NCBI GenBank assembly: GCA_036500405.1
Contig: DASYCD010000256.1
Location: 5,816 to 69,815, forward strand
Source of the DNA: Bryobacteraceae bacterium
Lineage (GTDB): Bacteria; Acidobacteriota; Terriglobia; Bryobacterales; Bryobacteraceae
DNA length: 64,000 nt
Direction: 5' to 3'
Position numbers and translations under genes: made by a program. Position 1 is the stretch's first letter, and every line of letters begins with the position of its first letter. Below are positions 7,980-18,115 of this stretch, piece after piece. The notes below the pieces were generated by a model, which saw only the letters and a program-made list of their open reading frames with translations, searched no databases and was not told the origin of the DNA.

Positions 7980-9818
7980 CTAAACGTACCTATCCAGATT
8001 CGCGGAAAGCTTATCGGCTGGAACGCCCCTGGCTCCGAGATCCGCCGCGATTGTAACGGACTCGGCAAGATAGCCCCTGATCGCGTATTCGTACTCCAGT
8101 CCGGCGTTCAACATGGACCGCATAGACTCGCGATTCTCGTTTTCACAGATGGAGAACAGCGTAGCTACGGACAAACGCCCTAACTGGCCCGCAATGGTCA
8201 GCCATTCGGGGCATCCGTGATTCACGACAAGATCCATGACGCACAGCAGCCCGAGCATCGACCGCCGCGAACTTTCCGAAAGGGTGTCCTCGAACTCCGT
8301 TGCCGATAACGGAGTGATTGTGTCGAATACCGGATCCAAAGGCTGCCGGGGCGTCCGGTTGTCGTGAATCCAGAAGATGTGGGTCGCCCACTCTCCGGAC
8401 AGGATCATAGAGACCTGCGACGCAAGATGCCGAAGCTCATTACCACTGAGCTCTTGTTTGACGAGAATGCCGAGATTGCGGCGCCGGACAGAGACCGGAA
8501 ACAAGGTACCTGTATCGAATAACGAGCAAATGCCATGTACTGCCGGAACCTTCCGGCGATTGTTCGTGTTCACAAGAAACGCCGCACCGTCATTTTCAAG
8601 CCGGCATCGATCCTGAACTCCCGCGATGACGGTCATAAGCTCCGTGGCCGCTGCGGCATACCGTTCGTGAGCCAGACTGATGCCCCGCACTTTGCGAATG
8701 GCGCCGGATGGCGCACGAGGCGGAGACAGCGCAACATCCAGCCGCGCGCAGGCGATCTGCCCCTCTGACCCCACGCCAATCTCGCGTATTTCGACGCCGT
8801 CCTCCGTTCCGGCCGCTACGACAGGTAATGGGGATTGCGACGCGGCGGTTTCCAGGTTCCAGAGCAATCCACGCAAAGAGCGGCTCTTCGTCAACTGGCT
8901 CAGAACCGTTTCCGAAGTTGCGAGCAGGTACGCTGGCAGCCGGCCCCATTGCTTTCGCATGCCCCACCGGGAGATTCGAGCCTGGAACTCATTTCGCGGC
9001 ATTCGCCTCCCGAGATCTTCAGGGTCGCTGAAGAGAAGTACATCTTCTCCCCATTCCGCGACCAGAAGCGCATATCTCGGCGCTTCTTCGTGCTCCAGGC
9101 GAACACAGTTCCTGGGGTTGATCCAGTCGCGATGTTTACGCCGCATGAGGCTGGCGACTCCATCCCGGTCCCGCATCTGAATCTGCACCAGGCTTTCAGC
9201 GCGGTAGCGATACAGGAAGCCGGTTGCGGGCACGTATTCGCCGCGGTAGCCAAGGCGCGTAGCTCCCAGCCAGAAGTCCCAGTCGTCAAAACCAATTGCG
9301 GGGTCAAAGCGCACCCCGCTTTCCAGCACACGCCTGGCGACCATGCTACCGGTATCGACATAGCTGCGGAGCATATGTTCGAGCAAAAAGTACTGTCCCG
9401 CCGTTCCAATCAGCCCCCGATGAGCAACCATCTGCATATCGGTAAAAACCCAGCCGGCCCCCGTCTCCGCGAGGCGCTGATACAGACGCCTTAATGTCAG
9501 AGGGCCCAGCCGATTATCCTGATCGAGAAAGAATACGCCTTGCACGGCAGGCCAGGCTCTCAGGGCGACCGCGATAGCGGCGTTTCGCGCGGAAGACACG
9601 CCGCGATTGATCTGGCGAAGATATAAAATCCGATCGGGATGCGCGTCGCGGACGCGGAGGCAAAACTGATGAGTCTCTTCCTGTGGACAGCCATCGTTGA
9701 CAAGGACCAGGCCGCACGGAAATTCCTGACGCAGCACCGAGCACACTGCCTCAGGCAACAATCCGGACTCAGCGTAACACGGAATAATCACGCATACGAG
9801 AAAGTCACTTACTCCCAT
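7980..9818 (-). CDS. Family 2 glycosyltransferase with about 380-aa C-terminal extension
   Basis: The N terminus reads VIIPCYAES...VLVNDGCP...NRGVSSARNAA...FLDQDN (GT-A fold, DxD). The remaining 380 aa have no motif I can name. Confidence 0.7.
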   Translation of the reverse strand: MGVSDFLVCVIIPCYAESGLLPEAVCSVLRQEFPCGLVLVNDGCPQEETHQFCLRVRDAHPDRILYLRQINRGVSSARNAAIAVALRAWPAVQGVFFLDQDNRLGPLTLRRLYQRLAETGAGWVFTDMQMVAHRGLIGTAGQYFLLEHMLRSYVDTGSMVARRVLESGVRFDPAIGFDDWDFWLGATRLGYRGEYVPATGFLYRYRAESLVQIQMRDRDGVASLMRRKHRDWINPRNCVRLEHEEAPRYALLVAEWGEDVLLFSDPEDLGRRMPRNEFQARISRWGMRKQWGRLPAYLLATSETVLSQLTKSRSLRGLLWNLETAASQSPLPVVAAGTEDGVEIREIGVGSEGQIACARLDVALSPPRAPSGAIRKVRGISLAHERYAAAATELMTVIAGVQDRCRLENDGAAFLVNTNNRRKVPAVHGICSLFDTGTLFPVSVRRRNLGILVKQELSGNELRHLASQVSMILSGEWATHIFWIHDNRTPRQPLDPVFDTITPLSATEFEDTLSESSRRSMLGLLCVMDLVVNHGCPEWLTIAGQLGRLSVATLFSICENENRESMRSMLNAGLEYEYAIRGYLAESVTIAADLGARGVPADKLSANLDRYV

Positions 9819-9934
9819 AAGACCCTTCGGCCGTCCCGCGCCAGACCGGGAACGGGTTGCGCAAGAAATGGCTCGACTGCTTCCCGTTCATCGATGTGCC
9901 GGAATAGTTAACGTACCACTCCGGTACGAGCCCC

Positions 9935-11779
9935 TCATCGGGCGACTGGTTGCAGGACCACTCCGTCTCCTGCATTGGCGAAGCCAGGGATAGAGACCGG
10001 CAGCTTGCCGTTGATCAGGATGTCACCAAACAGAGCTTTGGCCACGGCGATTTCCGACGGCCGCACCGTGCTGTACGTCGCGAGGTACGCCGACACTCCT
10101 GGAAAATTGCGCAGCAGGTAGGGATTTCCCATCGCGATGAAGGTGACGGGTTTCTTTGTCGCAATGAGTTCCTCCACCAATTTGGGGAGAAAGCCGCTGA
10201 GCGCCGCGGTTCCGCGGCTCGGCGCCACAGAAGCGAACGCCGCGATGACAAACTGGCGCGCGGAGGAACCGCGGGCAATCAGGGCATCCATGTCCGCTTC
10301 GCTCAGCGAGGAGGCGGCGCGGATGACTTCCGCCTGCGGGGAGCGTGCGTGGAGCGCCGTCGCGAATGCATTCCCTTCCGTTGACGAGGAGCTTTCCACC
10401 AGCGTGTAGAACATCGTCCGGGTAGCGTCGCGGAGCGGAATGAGCCCGCCCTGGTTGCGCACGAGTGTGACGGAGCGATCCGCAATGCGCTGGGCGGCGG
10501 CGTTGGCCTCCGGGGTATCGATGCGCTTCGGCAGTTGCTGCAGATCGACGAATTTCGATTTCGCCAGTCCCAACTCCGCTTTTGCGCGCAGCAGGCGCGT
10601 GACGCTGCGGTCGATTCTGGCCTCAGTCAGACGTCCACTCTTCACCGCAGCCTGCACGGCGTCAATTGCGGCTTCCGGATTCGCCGGCATGAGTAGAACA
10701 TCGGCGCCCGCTTCCAGAGCGCGGACCGAGGCATCGCCGGCGCCGAAGCCGTTCACGATCCCTCCCATATCGAGCGCATCGGTCACGACGATGCCCTGAA
10801 ATCCGAGCTCATCACGCAGAATGCCGGTCAGGATCTTCGGCGAGAGTGTGGAAGGCAGACCGGGGTCATCGAGCGCCGGCACCGCGATGTGGGCGGTCAT
10901 GATGGCATCCACGCCGCTCGCGATCGCAGCGCGGAAGGGGGCCCATTCCACGGATTCGAGGTGGGGACGATCCGCCGTAATAGTGGCGAGATTCATGTGC
11001 GTGTCTGTCGCCGTATCGCCGTGGCCGGGGAAATGTTTCGCCGTGACCAGAACACGGTTCCCGGTACTCGCGTGCGCTCCTTCGATGAACGCGCTCACGA
11101 AGCGGGACACGCTCGCCGGATTTTCCCCGTACGACCGGATATTGATGATGGGGTTATCGGGATTGTTGTTGACGTCGGCGTCCGGAAAGAACAGCCACTG
11201 GAAGCCGAGGGCGCGCGACTCCTTCGCGGTGATATCGCCTTCGATGCGGGCTTCATCCGGATCGCCCGAGGCGGTGAAGGCCATGGCATGCGGAAATACC
11301 GTAGTGTCTTCGATGCGCATGGAGACGCCGCGCTCGAAATCTCCCCCGACCAGAAGCGGGATCTTCGCCATGCGCTGCATACGGTTGATGAACGTGGCGG
11401 CTTCGCGGGCGGTCGCTTTGCCCACGATGCGTCCCTCGGCCGTGTTGACGAGGATCATGCCGCCAACATGTTCGCGAGAGATGAGGTTGAGAAACCGGGT
11501 GGCATCGCGGGAGCGGCGCAGCGGATGCCCGCTGAACGGCACGATGACGAGCTGAGCAATTTTTTCGCGCAGGCTGAGCGAGGCCAGCCATTTCGCCGCG
11601 ATCGCTTCGGGAGTGGAAGGCGGGAGTGCAGCAGGTTTGGTTTTGCGAACGGGGGGAGTGGGAGCTTTACGGGAAGGAGTTTTGTGAGACGCCGCCAGGG
11701 CGCCGGACGCGATGACGGCGGCGATAACAGCGGCGATTACAGGTACAGCGGCCAGCCGCCAGGCGGCCTTCCGGATCAA
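9935..11779 (-). CDS. Glycoside hydrolase family 3 (NagZ-like beta-N-acetylhexosaminidase type) with C-terminal domain
   Basis: KHFPGHGDTATDTH and GVDAIMTAH are GH3 N-domain signatures. There is an N-terminal membrane anchor. Its start overlaps the stop of the upstream receiver gene by 4 nt. Confidence 0.85.
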   Translation of the reverse strand: MIRKAAWRLAAVPVIAAVIAAVIASGALAASHKTPSRKAPTPPVRKTKPAALPPSTPEAIAAKWLASLSLREKIAQLVIVPFSGHPLRRSRDATRFLNLISREHVGGMILVNTAEGRIVGKATAREAATFINRMQRMAKIPLLVGGDFERGVSMRIEDTTVFPHAMAFTASGDPDEARIEGDITAKESRALGFQWLFFPDADVNNNPDNPIINIRSYGENPASVSRFVSAFIEGAHASTGNRVLVTAKHFPGHGDTATDTHMNLATITADRPHLESVEWAPFRAAIASGVDAIMTAHIAVPALDDPGLPSTLSPKILTGILRDELGFQGIVVTDALDMGGIVNGFGAGDASVRALEAGADVLLMPANPEAAIDAVQAAVKSGRLTEARIDRSVTRLLRAKAELGLAKSKFVDLQQLPKRIDTPEANAAAQRIADRSVTLVRNQGGLIPLRDATRTMFYTLVESSSSTEGNAFATALHARSPQAEVIRAASSLSEADMDALIARGSSARQFVIAAFASVAPSRGTAALSGFLPKLVEELIATKKPVTFIAMGNPYLLRNFPGVSAYLATYSTVRPSEIAVAKALFGDILINGKLPVSIPGFANAGDGVVLQPVAR

Positions 11780-12234
11780 TGACCGCCGCCCGCCGATTTT
11801 CTCATGATGAGCCGGCGGCCGGATTTGGCGCCTGACGGCGGACGACGGCGCGGCGACTGACTGCCAAGCTTGCGCACCGCGCGCAACAGCTCGGGAACTT
11901 CCTTGTTGCTCTTCAGAATGACTTCGTCGGCGCCGGCTTTATCGTCATTCAGACCCACCACGCCGAGGAAACCGGAAAGCAGAATGACGCGCGCGGGAGA
12001 ATCGGCGCCGCGAATGAGACGGATGAGTTCGCCGCCGTTCATGCCGGAAAAACGGTAGTCCGTCACGACGACATCGAAACGCGAACGCTGGAAGATCTCC
12101 CAGCCTTGCTCGGCGGTCGCGCAGGTCGTAACGCCGAAGCCCTGCTCTTCGAGGATCAACTGTCTCGCCGCGAGGCCGTTGGGGTTTTCATCGACAAGAA
12201 GGACAGAGAGCGCTGCGCAGGGATCAGATTTCAT
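11776..12234 (-). CDS. Single-domain response regulator (receiver only)
   Basis: LSVLLVDENP...DVVVTDYRFSGMNG...ILLSGF...ILKS is the receiver pattern. The start was trimmed to ATG 12234 (MKSDP), which removes the overlap with the upstream VWA gene. Confidence 0.75.
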   Translation of the reverse strand: MKSDPCAALSVLLVDENPNGLAARQLILEEQGFGVTTCATAEQGWEIFQRSRFDVVVTDYRFSGMNGGELIRLIRGADSPARVILLSGFLGVVGLNDDKAGADEVILKSNKEVPELLRAVRKLGSQSPRRRPPSGAKSGRRLIMRKSAGGGH

Positions 12235-12400
12235 TGCGGGAACGGTTGAAAGTAACAGACCTGTCATGGGACTGTCAAGACTTTTGCATCCGGTTGAAAC
12301 AAGAGCAAATTCAGTTCTTGACTTCAACGCGATGCCTTCGAAGCAGCGCGCGAAAACAACGCAGGCGCAATGCGTTTTATGAATGCGGCTTATCGCAACA

Positions 12401-13570
12401 TTATTCAACGGCGCGAGGCGCTGTGTAGCCCGCCTTGGCGACGATCGAGTACTTGATTACCTTGCCCTTTTCATCGCGCATGACTACGGGCTGATTGGTT
12501 GCAGGATCGAGCAGTTGCACGGTGATCTTGCGGAATTTGCCATCCCGCGTTGTGTTTGAAGGCGCATAGGCCAGCGTGTACTGATTGCGCATGGCGGCCT
12601 GGATGGCGTTAAACACATCCGGGATTTCCGCTGGCCAGCGCGGCAGGTAGGACTGTCCGCCGGTTTCTTTCGCGAATGTCCGCATCTCATTCTGCGCCTG
12701 GAGAAGAGTGATGCCCTCCATGGCGCCGGGGTTGATCATCTGGAGCAGGCCAATCCCGTAGATGGGGACGCCGGAATCCTGCAGCTTGCGGCGCGTCTGA
12801 TCGAAGGTGATTTTGCTGAACGTATCGATGCCGGAGGTGAGCACCAGGATGGCTTTGCGGCCTTCAATTTTCGACATGCGGTCGGCTGTGTCAGTGAGAG
12901 CATCGAAAAGATTGGCTTCGGAAAAATCGGGGAAACCGAAGGAGCGCAAACCTTCGTTGAGCGCCTGCTTGTCATTAGTGAAATCGGAAACGATGGTGGT
13001 GCGGAGGTCGTAGCGGATGAGGGCGAGATAATCATCCGGCTTCAGCGAGTTGATGAATGCGCCGGCCGTCTGGAGAGTGTAATACCAGTTGGCGCTGCCA
13101 TACCACTGGAAGCGGTTGCTGAATTCGACGACCAGCGCGATGGTCATGGGCGCCTGGCCCATGGAAAATTCCTTGACGGTTTGCGGAACGTTGTCTTCGA
13201 GGACGCGGAATATGGGGCGCGGCAGATTCGGGATGAAGTTGCTCTTATTGTCGAGCACGGCGACGTCGACGGAGACGAGGCTTGCATCGGAGGAGAAGGT
13301 GGCGGAAGCGGGTCCGGCATCCGCGCCTGTCTTTGGGCGGGGAGCCAGTTTAGAAGGAATCTTCGGGAGATTTTCCGCGGGGCCGGGCTGAGCGGGCATG
13401 GGAGCCGCTGTGGCGGGGGCCGGGGTGGGATTGGCGGAAGGGGTATTGCTCACCGCCGGATGGCGGGGCCGCGCGACGGTTTCGCTGCCAATGGAACCGG
13501 GACCTTCCTGCGCAAACAACGCGGCGAGGAGCGCCAGCAGAATTGCGGACGCGGCGAGTAATTTTTTCAT
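12401..13570 (-). CDS. VWA-domain protein (VWFA-related Acidobacterial domain family)
   Basis: It has a signal peptide. Family motifs are LVSVDVAVLDNKSNFIPNLPRPIFRVLEDNVPQ, GRKAILVLTSG, FAKETGGQSY and RDGKFRKITVQL. Confidence 0.85.
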   Translation of the reverse strand: MKKLLAASAILLALLAALFAQEGPGSIGSETVARPRHPAVSNTPSANPTPAPATAAPMPAQPGPAENLPKIPSKLAPRPKTGADAGPASATFSSDASLVSVDVAVLDNKSNFIPNLPRPIFRVLEDNVPQTVKEFSMGQAPMTIALVVEFSNRFQWYGSANWYYTLQTAGAFINSLKPDDYLALIRYDLRTTIVSDFTNDKQALNEGLRSFGFPDFSEANLFDALTDTADRMSKIEGRKAILVLTSGIDTFSKITFDQTRRKLQDSGVPIYGIGLLQMINPGAMEGITLLQAQNEMRTFAKETGGQSYLPRWPAEIPDVFNAIQAAMRNQYTLAYAPSNTTRDGKFRKITVQLLDPATNQPVVMRDEKGKVIKYSIVAKAGYTAPRAVE

Positions 13571-13620
13571 AAGCTCGTCTCCTTATGAGGACGCGGCGGG
13601 GTGGGGATCTGTTTCAACTC

Positions 13621-14373
13621 TCAGTTCACCCACGGCCCTTTATCCGAGCCGTGCTTCTTCATATATACCTGAAATTTCTTCTTTGCGCGTTGCAGCTTGT
13701 ATTCGCGCCACCAGCCGGTGGGGCTGAAGGAGGGCGATGAGGCAAGCCGCGGGCGGCGGGGGGCAAACTGGCTCTTGATATAGATGTAGCCGACCAGCAT
13801 GCCGCCGAGATGAGCCACGTGGCTGACGGGACCTCCCTGCGGCAGGGCGAAGAATTCGATCGCCGCAAATATCATGACGGCGTATTTCGCACGGACCGGG
13901 AAAAGGAAGAACAGAAGAATTTCCTGGTCGGGAAACAGCATGCCGAAGGCGATCAGCAGGCCGTAGATTGCGCCGGATGCGCCGATGGTCGGCTGCCTCA
14001 CGTCGCCGATGGCCAGATTGGCGAGCACGAGGCACACGCCCGCGCCGATTCCGCAGACGAAGTAATACTGCAAAAATCTTCGCGTTCCCCAGGTCTGCTC
14101 CACCGCGGCCCCGAACATCCAGAGCATGAGCATGTTGAACAGGATGTGGGTGATGCTCCCGTGCAGGAACATGTAGCTGGCCAGCTGCCAGATTTTGGCG
14201 CGATGCACCACGTCCCAGGGCAGCAATTGAAAAATGCTGAGGAAATCGGTGTTGACGAAGAAAAGCTGGAGGATGTAAACCGCGACGGTGACGGCTATCA
14301 GCCACTTCACGCCGGGAGGGAATGAGGGGAACAGCAGCGACGCCGAACTTCGATAGCGCGTGTCAATCCGCAT
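13621..14373 (-). CDS. Rhomboid-family intramembrane serine protease
   Basis: It has multiple TM helices, GASGAIYGL (catalytic Ser) and AHLGGMLVGY (catalytic His). Confidence 0.85.
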   Translation of the reverse strand: MRIDTRYRSSASLLFPSFPPGVKWLIAVTVAVYILQLFFVNTDFLSIFQLLPWDVVHRAKIWQLASYMFLHGSITHILFNMLMLWMFGAAVEQTWGTRRFLQYYFVCGIGAGVCLVLANLAIGDVRQPTIGASGAIYGLLIAFGMLFPDQEILLFFLFPVRAKYAVMIFAAIEFFALPQGGPVSHVAHLGGMLVGYIYIKSQFAPRRPRLASSPSFSPTGWWREYKLQRAKKKFQVYMKKHGSDKGPWVN

Positions 14374-14418
14374 GGAAAAATGACTGAACCTGCCGCCAGA
14401 ATAGCAGATCGCGCAACA

Positions 14419-14793
14419 TCAACTGGCGCGCGCGGCGGCGCTGCCGGTGGCCGATTCTTCTGGCTTCGCTTCGTCGTTTTCGGGCTCAGCGAGCTTCGAA
14501 TAGCGCATCAGCCGCCAGACGGCATACTGGGTGGCGGCAGCGGCAGCCATCCAGACCTGCCAGTGGGAAAGAAGGCCCGTGGGGAACACGAAATCGCCCA
14601 AAATATCCAGATCCTGACCGAGGCGCCAGAAGCCGAAGATCGCGAACGAGATGGCGATCAGAGTCAGCAGGCTCGCGAGCAAACGCGCGGCGCGGCCGTT
14701 TTTTCCCCTCCGGTTGGTGACCAGCCGACCCCGCCCGAAACGGATTCTGACGATCATGGGATGTTCCTCACTCCAATATAACTCCGGCTTCAA
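14419..14793 (-). CDS. Small hypothetical membrane protein
   Basis: This 124-aa ORF has two hydrophobic helices (LLASLLTLIAISFAIFGFW and WQVWMAAAAATQYAVW). The competing plus-strand ORF looks like an antisense artefact. Confidence 0.4.
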   Translation of the reverse strand: MKPELYWSEEHPMIVRIRFGRGRLVTNRRGKNGRAARLLASLLTLIAISFAIFGFWRLGQDLDILGDFVFPTGLLSHWQVWMAAAAATQYAVWRLMRYSKLAEPENDEAKPEESATGSAAARAS

Positions 14794-14925
14794 AATGCGC
14801 GGCCTCCCCAGCCTTCCTTATAGATTGCAGGCGTTTACGAAAGATTCGCCGGAAGCTGCCAAAGAGGCTGTTATTATGGGGAAACAGTCGAAACGCGTCT
14901 TCGCGGATTTCCTGCTGGAGCCTGA

Positions 14926-15645
14926 ATGTATTACTTGTGGATGGCGGTCATGACATTTGTAATCGTGCAAATGTCGGTCTTCTGCACCACGATATACCTG
15001 CATCGGACCAGGACGCATCGGGGGCTGGAACTGCATCCTGTGGTCGGTTTCCTGATGCATCTGCATCTCACGGTTTTTACGGGAATCATCCCGCGTCAGT
15101 GGGCCGCTGTCCACCGCAAGCATCATCATTTTTCGGATCATGAAGGCGATCCGCACAGCCCGATTCTCTTCGGCATGTGGAACGTTCTGTTCAACAACTT
15201 CTTCATGTACCGGAAGGAAACCCGCAATCCGGACACGATTCGCAAGTACACTCCTGACTGGAAAGACGATCCGCTCGACAAGATCCCCGGCATGAACCGC
15301 GGCGTGTATGTCGGCCTGGGAGTGTTCGTGCTGATGTTCGGATGGGCATGGGGGCCGGCGATGTGGATCGCCAATATGGTCGTCTACATATTCCTGAATT
15401 CGATGATCAACAGCCTGGGCCATGTGGTGGGCTATCGCAATTTCGATGAGCAGGCGACCAATCTGCAGTGGGTTGCGATGCTGACCGGGGGCGAAGGCCT
15501 TCATAACAATCACCACGCGCATCCGACTTCCGCCCGTTTTTCACTGCGCGGCCGCGAATTCGATCCTGCGTGGCCGGTGATCCGGACGCTGGAGCGCTTC
15601 GGTCTGGCGCGGGTCAACCAGTTGCCGATCGCCAAAGCGGCTTAG
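14926..15645 (+). CDS. Membrane fatty-acid (acyl-CoA/acyl-lipid delta-9 type) desaturase
   Basis: It carries three His boxes: HRTRTH, HRKHHH and HNNHH. Confidence 0.85.
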   Translation: MYYLWMAVMTFVIVQMSVFCTTIYLHRTRTHRGLELHPVVGFLMHLHLTVFTGIIPRQWAAVHRKHHHFSDHEGDPHSPILFGMWNVLFNNFFMYRKETRNPDTIRKYTPDWKDDPLDKIPGMNRGVYVGLGVFVLMFGWAWGPAMWIANMVVYIFLNSMINSLGHVVGYRNFDEQATNLQWVAMLTGGEGLHNNHHAHPTSARFSLRGREFDPAWPVIRTLERFGLARVNQLPIAKAA

Positions 15646-15656
15646 GGGGAACTTCT

Positions 15657-18068
15657 GTGGGCGGCCGTCTCAATTTCGGCGCACTGCTTCCGATTGTGGT
15701 TCTGTGGCCGGTAACGGGTGCTCTGGCGCAAACCGCCGTTTCCCATACTGCTTCGGACCTGGTACAACAAGTCCTTTCAGCCAGTCTCAATCCGGCGGAG
15801 TGTTATCACGTCCGGGATATTGAAATCCATCAGCAGGACGTCACCTTCTATCTCACCGAAGGCTATCTGATCTTCGGAACGCCGGTGAATGGCGCGCCAA
15901 TCAACGCCGTTTTCAGCACGGATGTGGAAGGCGGCGATGGCGAGGTGGTGCTGCTGCCGCCGGATCGCGCGGAGCGGCAGACACTGGCATCGTTTACCGG
16001 ATCGCCCAATCTCGACGAGCACTTCAGCAACGCAGTCTTCTTCTTTACTGACGCGAGCGCGCGGGCGCTGGCGGAACGGATACAAAAAGATCCGACGGCG
16101 GAGAAGTCGAGGGAGATGGGTCTGCTAATGGCGGACAAGTGGAATCTGACGGTCACGAATCTGACGACGAGCTTCGAGACGCGAATTGCGCTCGATCTGA
16201 TGACAAAAGGGCCGAGCGGCGAGGGATTCTTCGACGCCACGGTGCGCGGGCGCAAGCTGGGGGATTTCGACATTGTGCATGACGCGCGGGCGGCCGAACA
16301 GATTGGCGCGGGCAAAGTGGAATTCCGGAACGGCGTGGGCACGTGGGAGACGTGGACGCGGTTTGTGGCGCGCGACCGGCGCGGGCAGCCGGAGTTCCGG
16401 CCCGAGGAAGAGATTCTGGCGTACACGATCGATGCGTCCATGGATGCGTCTCTGAATATGCGTTGCGTGACGAAGTTTCGGATTCGCGCACGGCCGGATT
16501 CGCGGGACGTGATACCGCTGGATCTGGATAGTGAGATGCGGGTGAAGTCCGCGAAAGTGGATGGCGTGCCGGTGGAGTTTTATCAGCACGATTCTCTGCG
16601 CGGCGGGCTGGTGCAAAATTCGGGCAACCAGCTTTTCCTGATTGTGCCGCCGCATCCGCTGGAGGCGGGGTCGGAGCACGAGATCGAGGTGGTGCACGAA
16701 GGCAAGGTGGTGGAGCAAACGAGGGACGGGATTTATTCCGTTCGCGCGCGGGGCACGTGGTATCCGGCGCGCGGCGCGCAGTTCGCAACTTATGACGCGA
16801 CGTTTCACTATCCGGAGAATCTGAATCTGATTTCGGCGGGCGCGATTCGCGACGAGCAGACGCGCGACGGCGTGCGAACCGCGCATCGAGTGCCGGAAGG
16901 AAAGCTGCGGCTGCTGGGATTCAATCTGGGGCGGTACACGCGGCGGGAGTACGTGAAGAATGGGATCACGCTGGATGTTTCGGCGAACCGCGAGTTCGAG
17001 GATTCGCTGCGGCCGCCGCCGCAGCCGGTTTTTTCGCCGACTTCGCAGCCTGGGTCGCACGCCATCCGCGTCCCTGATGTATTGACGGCCGCGCCACCGC
17101 CGGATCCGGCGGAGCGGCTGGATACGATTGCGTCCGGTACGCTCGCGGCGATTGAATATTTTCGCAGCCGGTTCGGGGATCCTCCGCTGAAACATATTGA
17201 GATTTCGCCGGTGACCGGGCGCTTCGGTCAGGGATTCGCGGGGATGATTTATTTACCGACGCAGATGTATCTGGATCCCTCGCTGATACGGAGCCGCCCG
17301 GGCGCGCTCGCGCCGGATGATGGGTTCATGGGTGACCTGTTGCGGGCGCATGAGGCCGCGCACCAGTGGTGGGGCAACATCGTGACGACGGATTCGTATC
17401 ATCACGAATGGCTGATGGAATCGCTCGCGAATTATTCGGCGCTGATGTTTCTGGAAAGCCGGATGGGACCGCGCGCAATTGAGCGAGCGCTCAATTACTA
17501 TCACGATCAGTTGCTGCTGAAAGGCGCGGATGGAACGATCGCGGAAGAGCGCGGGCCGGTCGTGGAAGGGCGGCGGCTGGAGAGCGCGGATGCGCCGTCC
17601 GCGGCGGATGCGGTGCTGTATGGGAAGGGGACCTGGATCATCCACATGCTGCGGCGGCGCATGGGAGATGCTGCGTTTGTGAAGATGCTGGCGGAGGCGC
17701 GGCGGCGTTATGAATTCAAGACGATGACGACCGAGGAGTTTCGGCAACTTTGCGCGGAGTTTCTGCCGAGGGGCTCGGCGGATCCAAAGCTGGTGGATTT
17801 CTTCGATCAGTGGGTTTATGACACGGGGATGCCGACGCTGAAGCTGACTTATTCGGTGAGTGGACGCAGGCTGAGCGGGACGATTACGCAGAGCGATGCG
17901 CCGGATGATTTCACGGTACTGGTTCCGGTGGAGATTCGGGTGGGCAACGCGAAGCCGATTGTGAGGCACGTTCGCACGAGTAATGGGGCGGTGAAGTTTA
18001 CGGTGGATGTGGCGGGACAGGGAGCGAAGGCGACGCTGGATCCGGGGATGAGTGTGCTGCGGCGGTAG
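15657..18068 (+). CDS. M1-family zinc metallopeptidase (aminopeptidase N-like), secreted
   Basis: HEAAHQWWGN followed by ESLANY gives the HExxH-X18-E motif. The start was trimmed to the in-frame GTG 15657, after a GGGGGA motif, which yields a signal-peptide-like N terminus. The track start 15570 overlaps the desaturase gene. Confidence 0.8.
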   Translation: MGGRLNFGALLPIVVLWPVTGALAQTAVSHTASDLVQQVLSASLNPAECYHVRDIEIHQQDVTFYLTEGYLIFGTPVNGAPINAVFSTDVEGGDGEVVLLPPDRAERQTLASFTGSPNLDEHFSNAVFFFTDASARALAERIQKDPTAEKSREMGLLMADKWNLTVTNLTTSFETRIALDLMTKGPSGEGFFDATVRGRKLGDFDIVHDARAAEQIGAGKVEFRNGVGTWETWTRFVARDRRGQPEFRPEEEILAYTIDASMDASLNMRCVTKFRIRARPDSRDVIPLDLDSEMRVKSAKVDGVPVEFYQHDSLRGGLVQNSGNQLFLIVPPHPLEAGSEHEIEVVHEGKVVEQTRDGIYSVRARGTWYPARGAQFATYDATFHYPENLNLISAGAIRDEQTRDGVRTAHRVPEGKLRLLGFNLGRYTRREYVKNGITLDVSANREFEDSLRPPPQPVFSPTSQPGSHAIRVPDVLTAAPPPDPAERLDTIASGTLAAIEYFRSRFGDPPLKHIEISPVTGRFGQGFAGMIYLPTQMYLDPSLIRSRPGALAPDDGFMGDLLRAHEAAHQWWGNIVTTDSYHHEWLMESLANYSALMFLESRMGPRAIERALNYYHDQLLLKGADGTIAEERGPVVEGRRLESADAPSAADAVLYGKGTWIIHMLRRRMGDAAFVKMLAEARRRYEFKTMTTEEFRQLCAEFLPRGSADPKLVDFFDQWVYDTGMPTLKLTYSVSGRRLSGTITQSDAPDDFTVLVPVEIRVGNAKPIVRHVRTSNGAVKFTVDVAGQGAKATLDPGMSVLRR

Positions 18069-18115
18069 GGGCGAAAAAATTTATTGGGCCACAGATGCAC
18101 ACAGATCAGAAAAAA

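Noticed and set aside
15570-15656. Over-long N-terminal extensions in the ORF track. Examples are 15570 (M1 peptidase), 12408 (receiver), 25697 (GNAT), 28878 (wzx), 33484 (wza), 36815 (activator), 39971 (nucleotidyltransferase), 47734 (carbamoyltransferase), 48604 (fumarase family) and 52473 (MEDS).
   Set aside because: Each extension overlaps the neighbouring gene and has biased, motif-free composition. Internal starts give start/stop overlaps, Shine-Dalgarno motifs or signal peptides, so the shorter models were used.
16125-17195. Long minus-strand ORF (356 aa) antisense to the M1 peptidase gene. The same applies to similar long antisense ORFs elsewhere, for example 795..1385, 10889..11782, 19707..20456, 20696..21436, 46658..47557 and 47481..48875.
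   Set aside because: The translations are Arg/Pro/Gly/His-rich and low in complexity, as expected for stop-poor antisense frames in GC-rich DNA. Each lies opposite a gene with clear family motifs.
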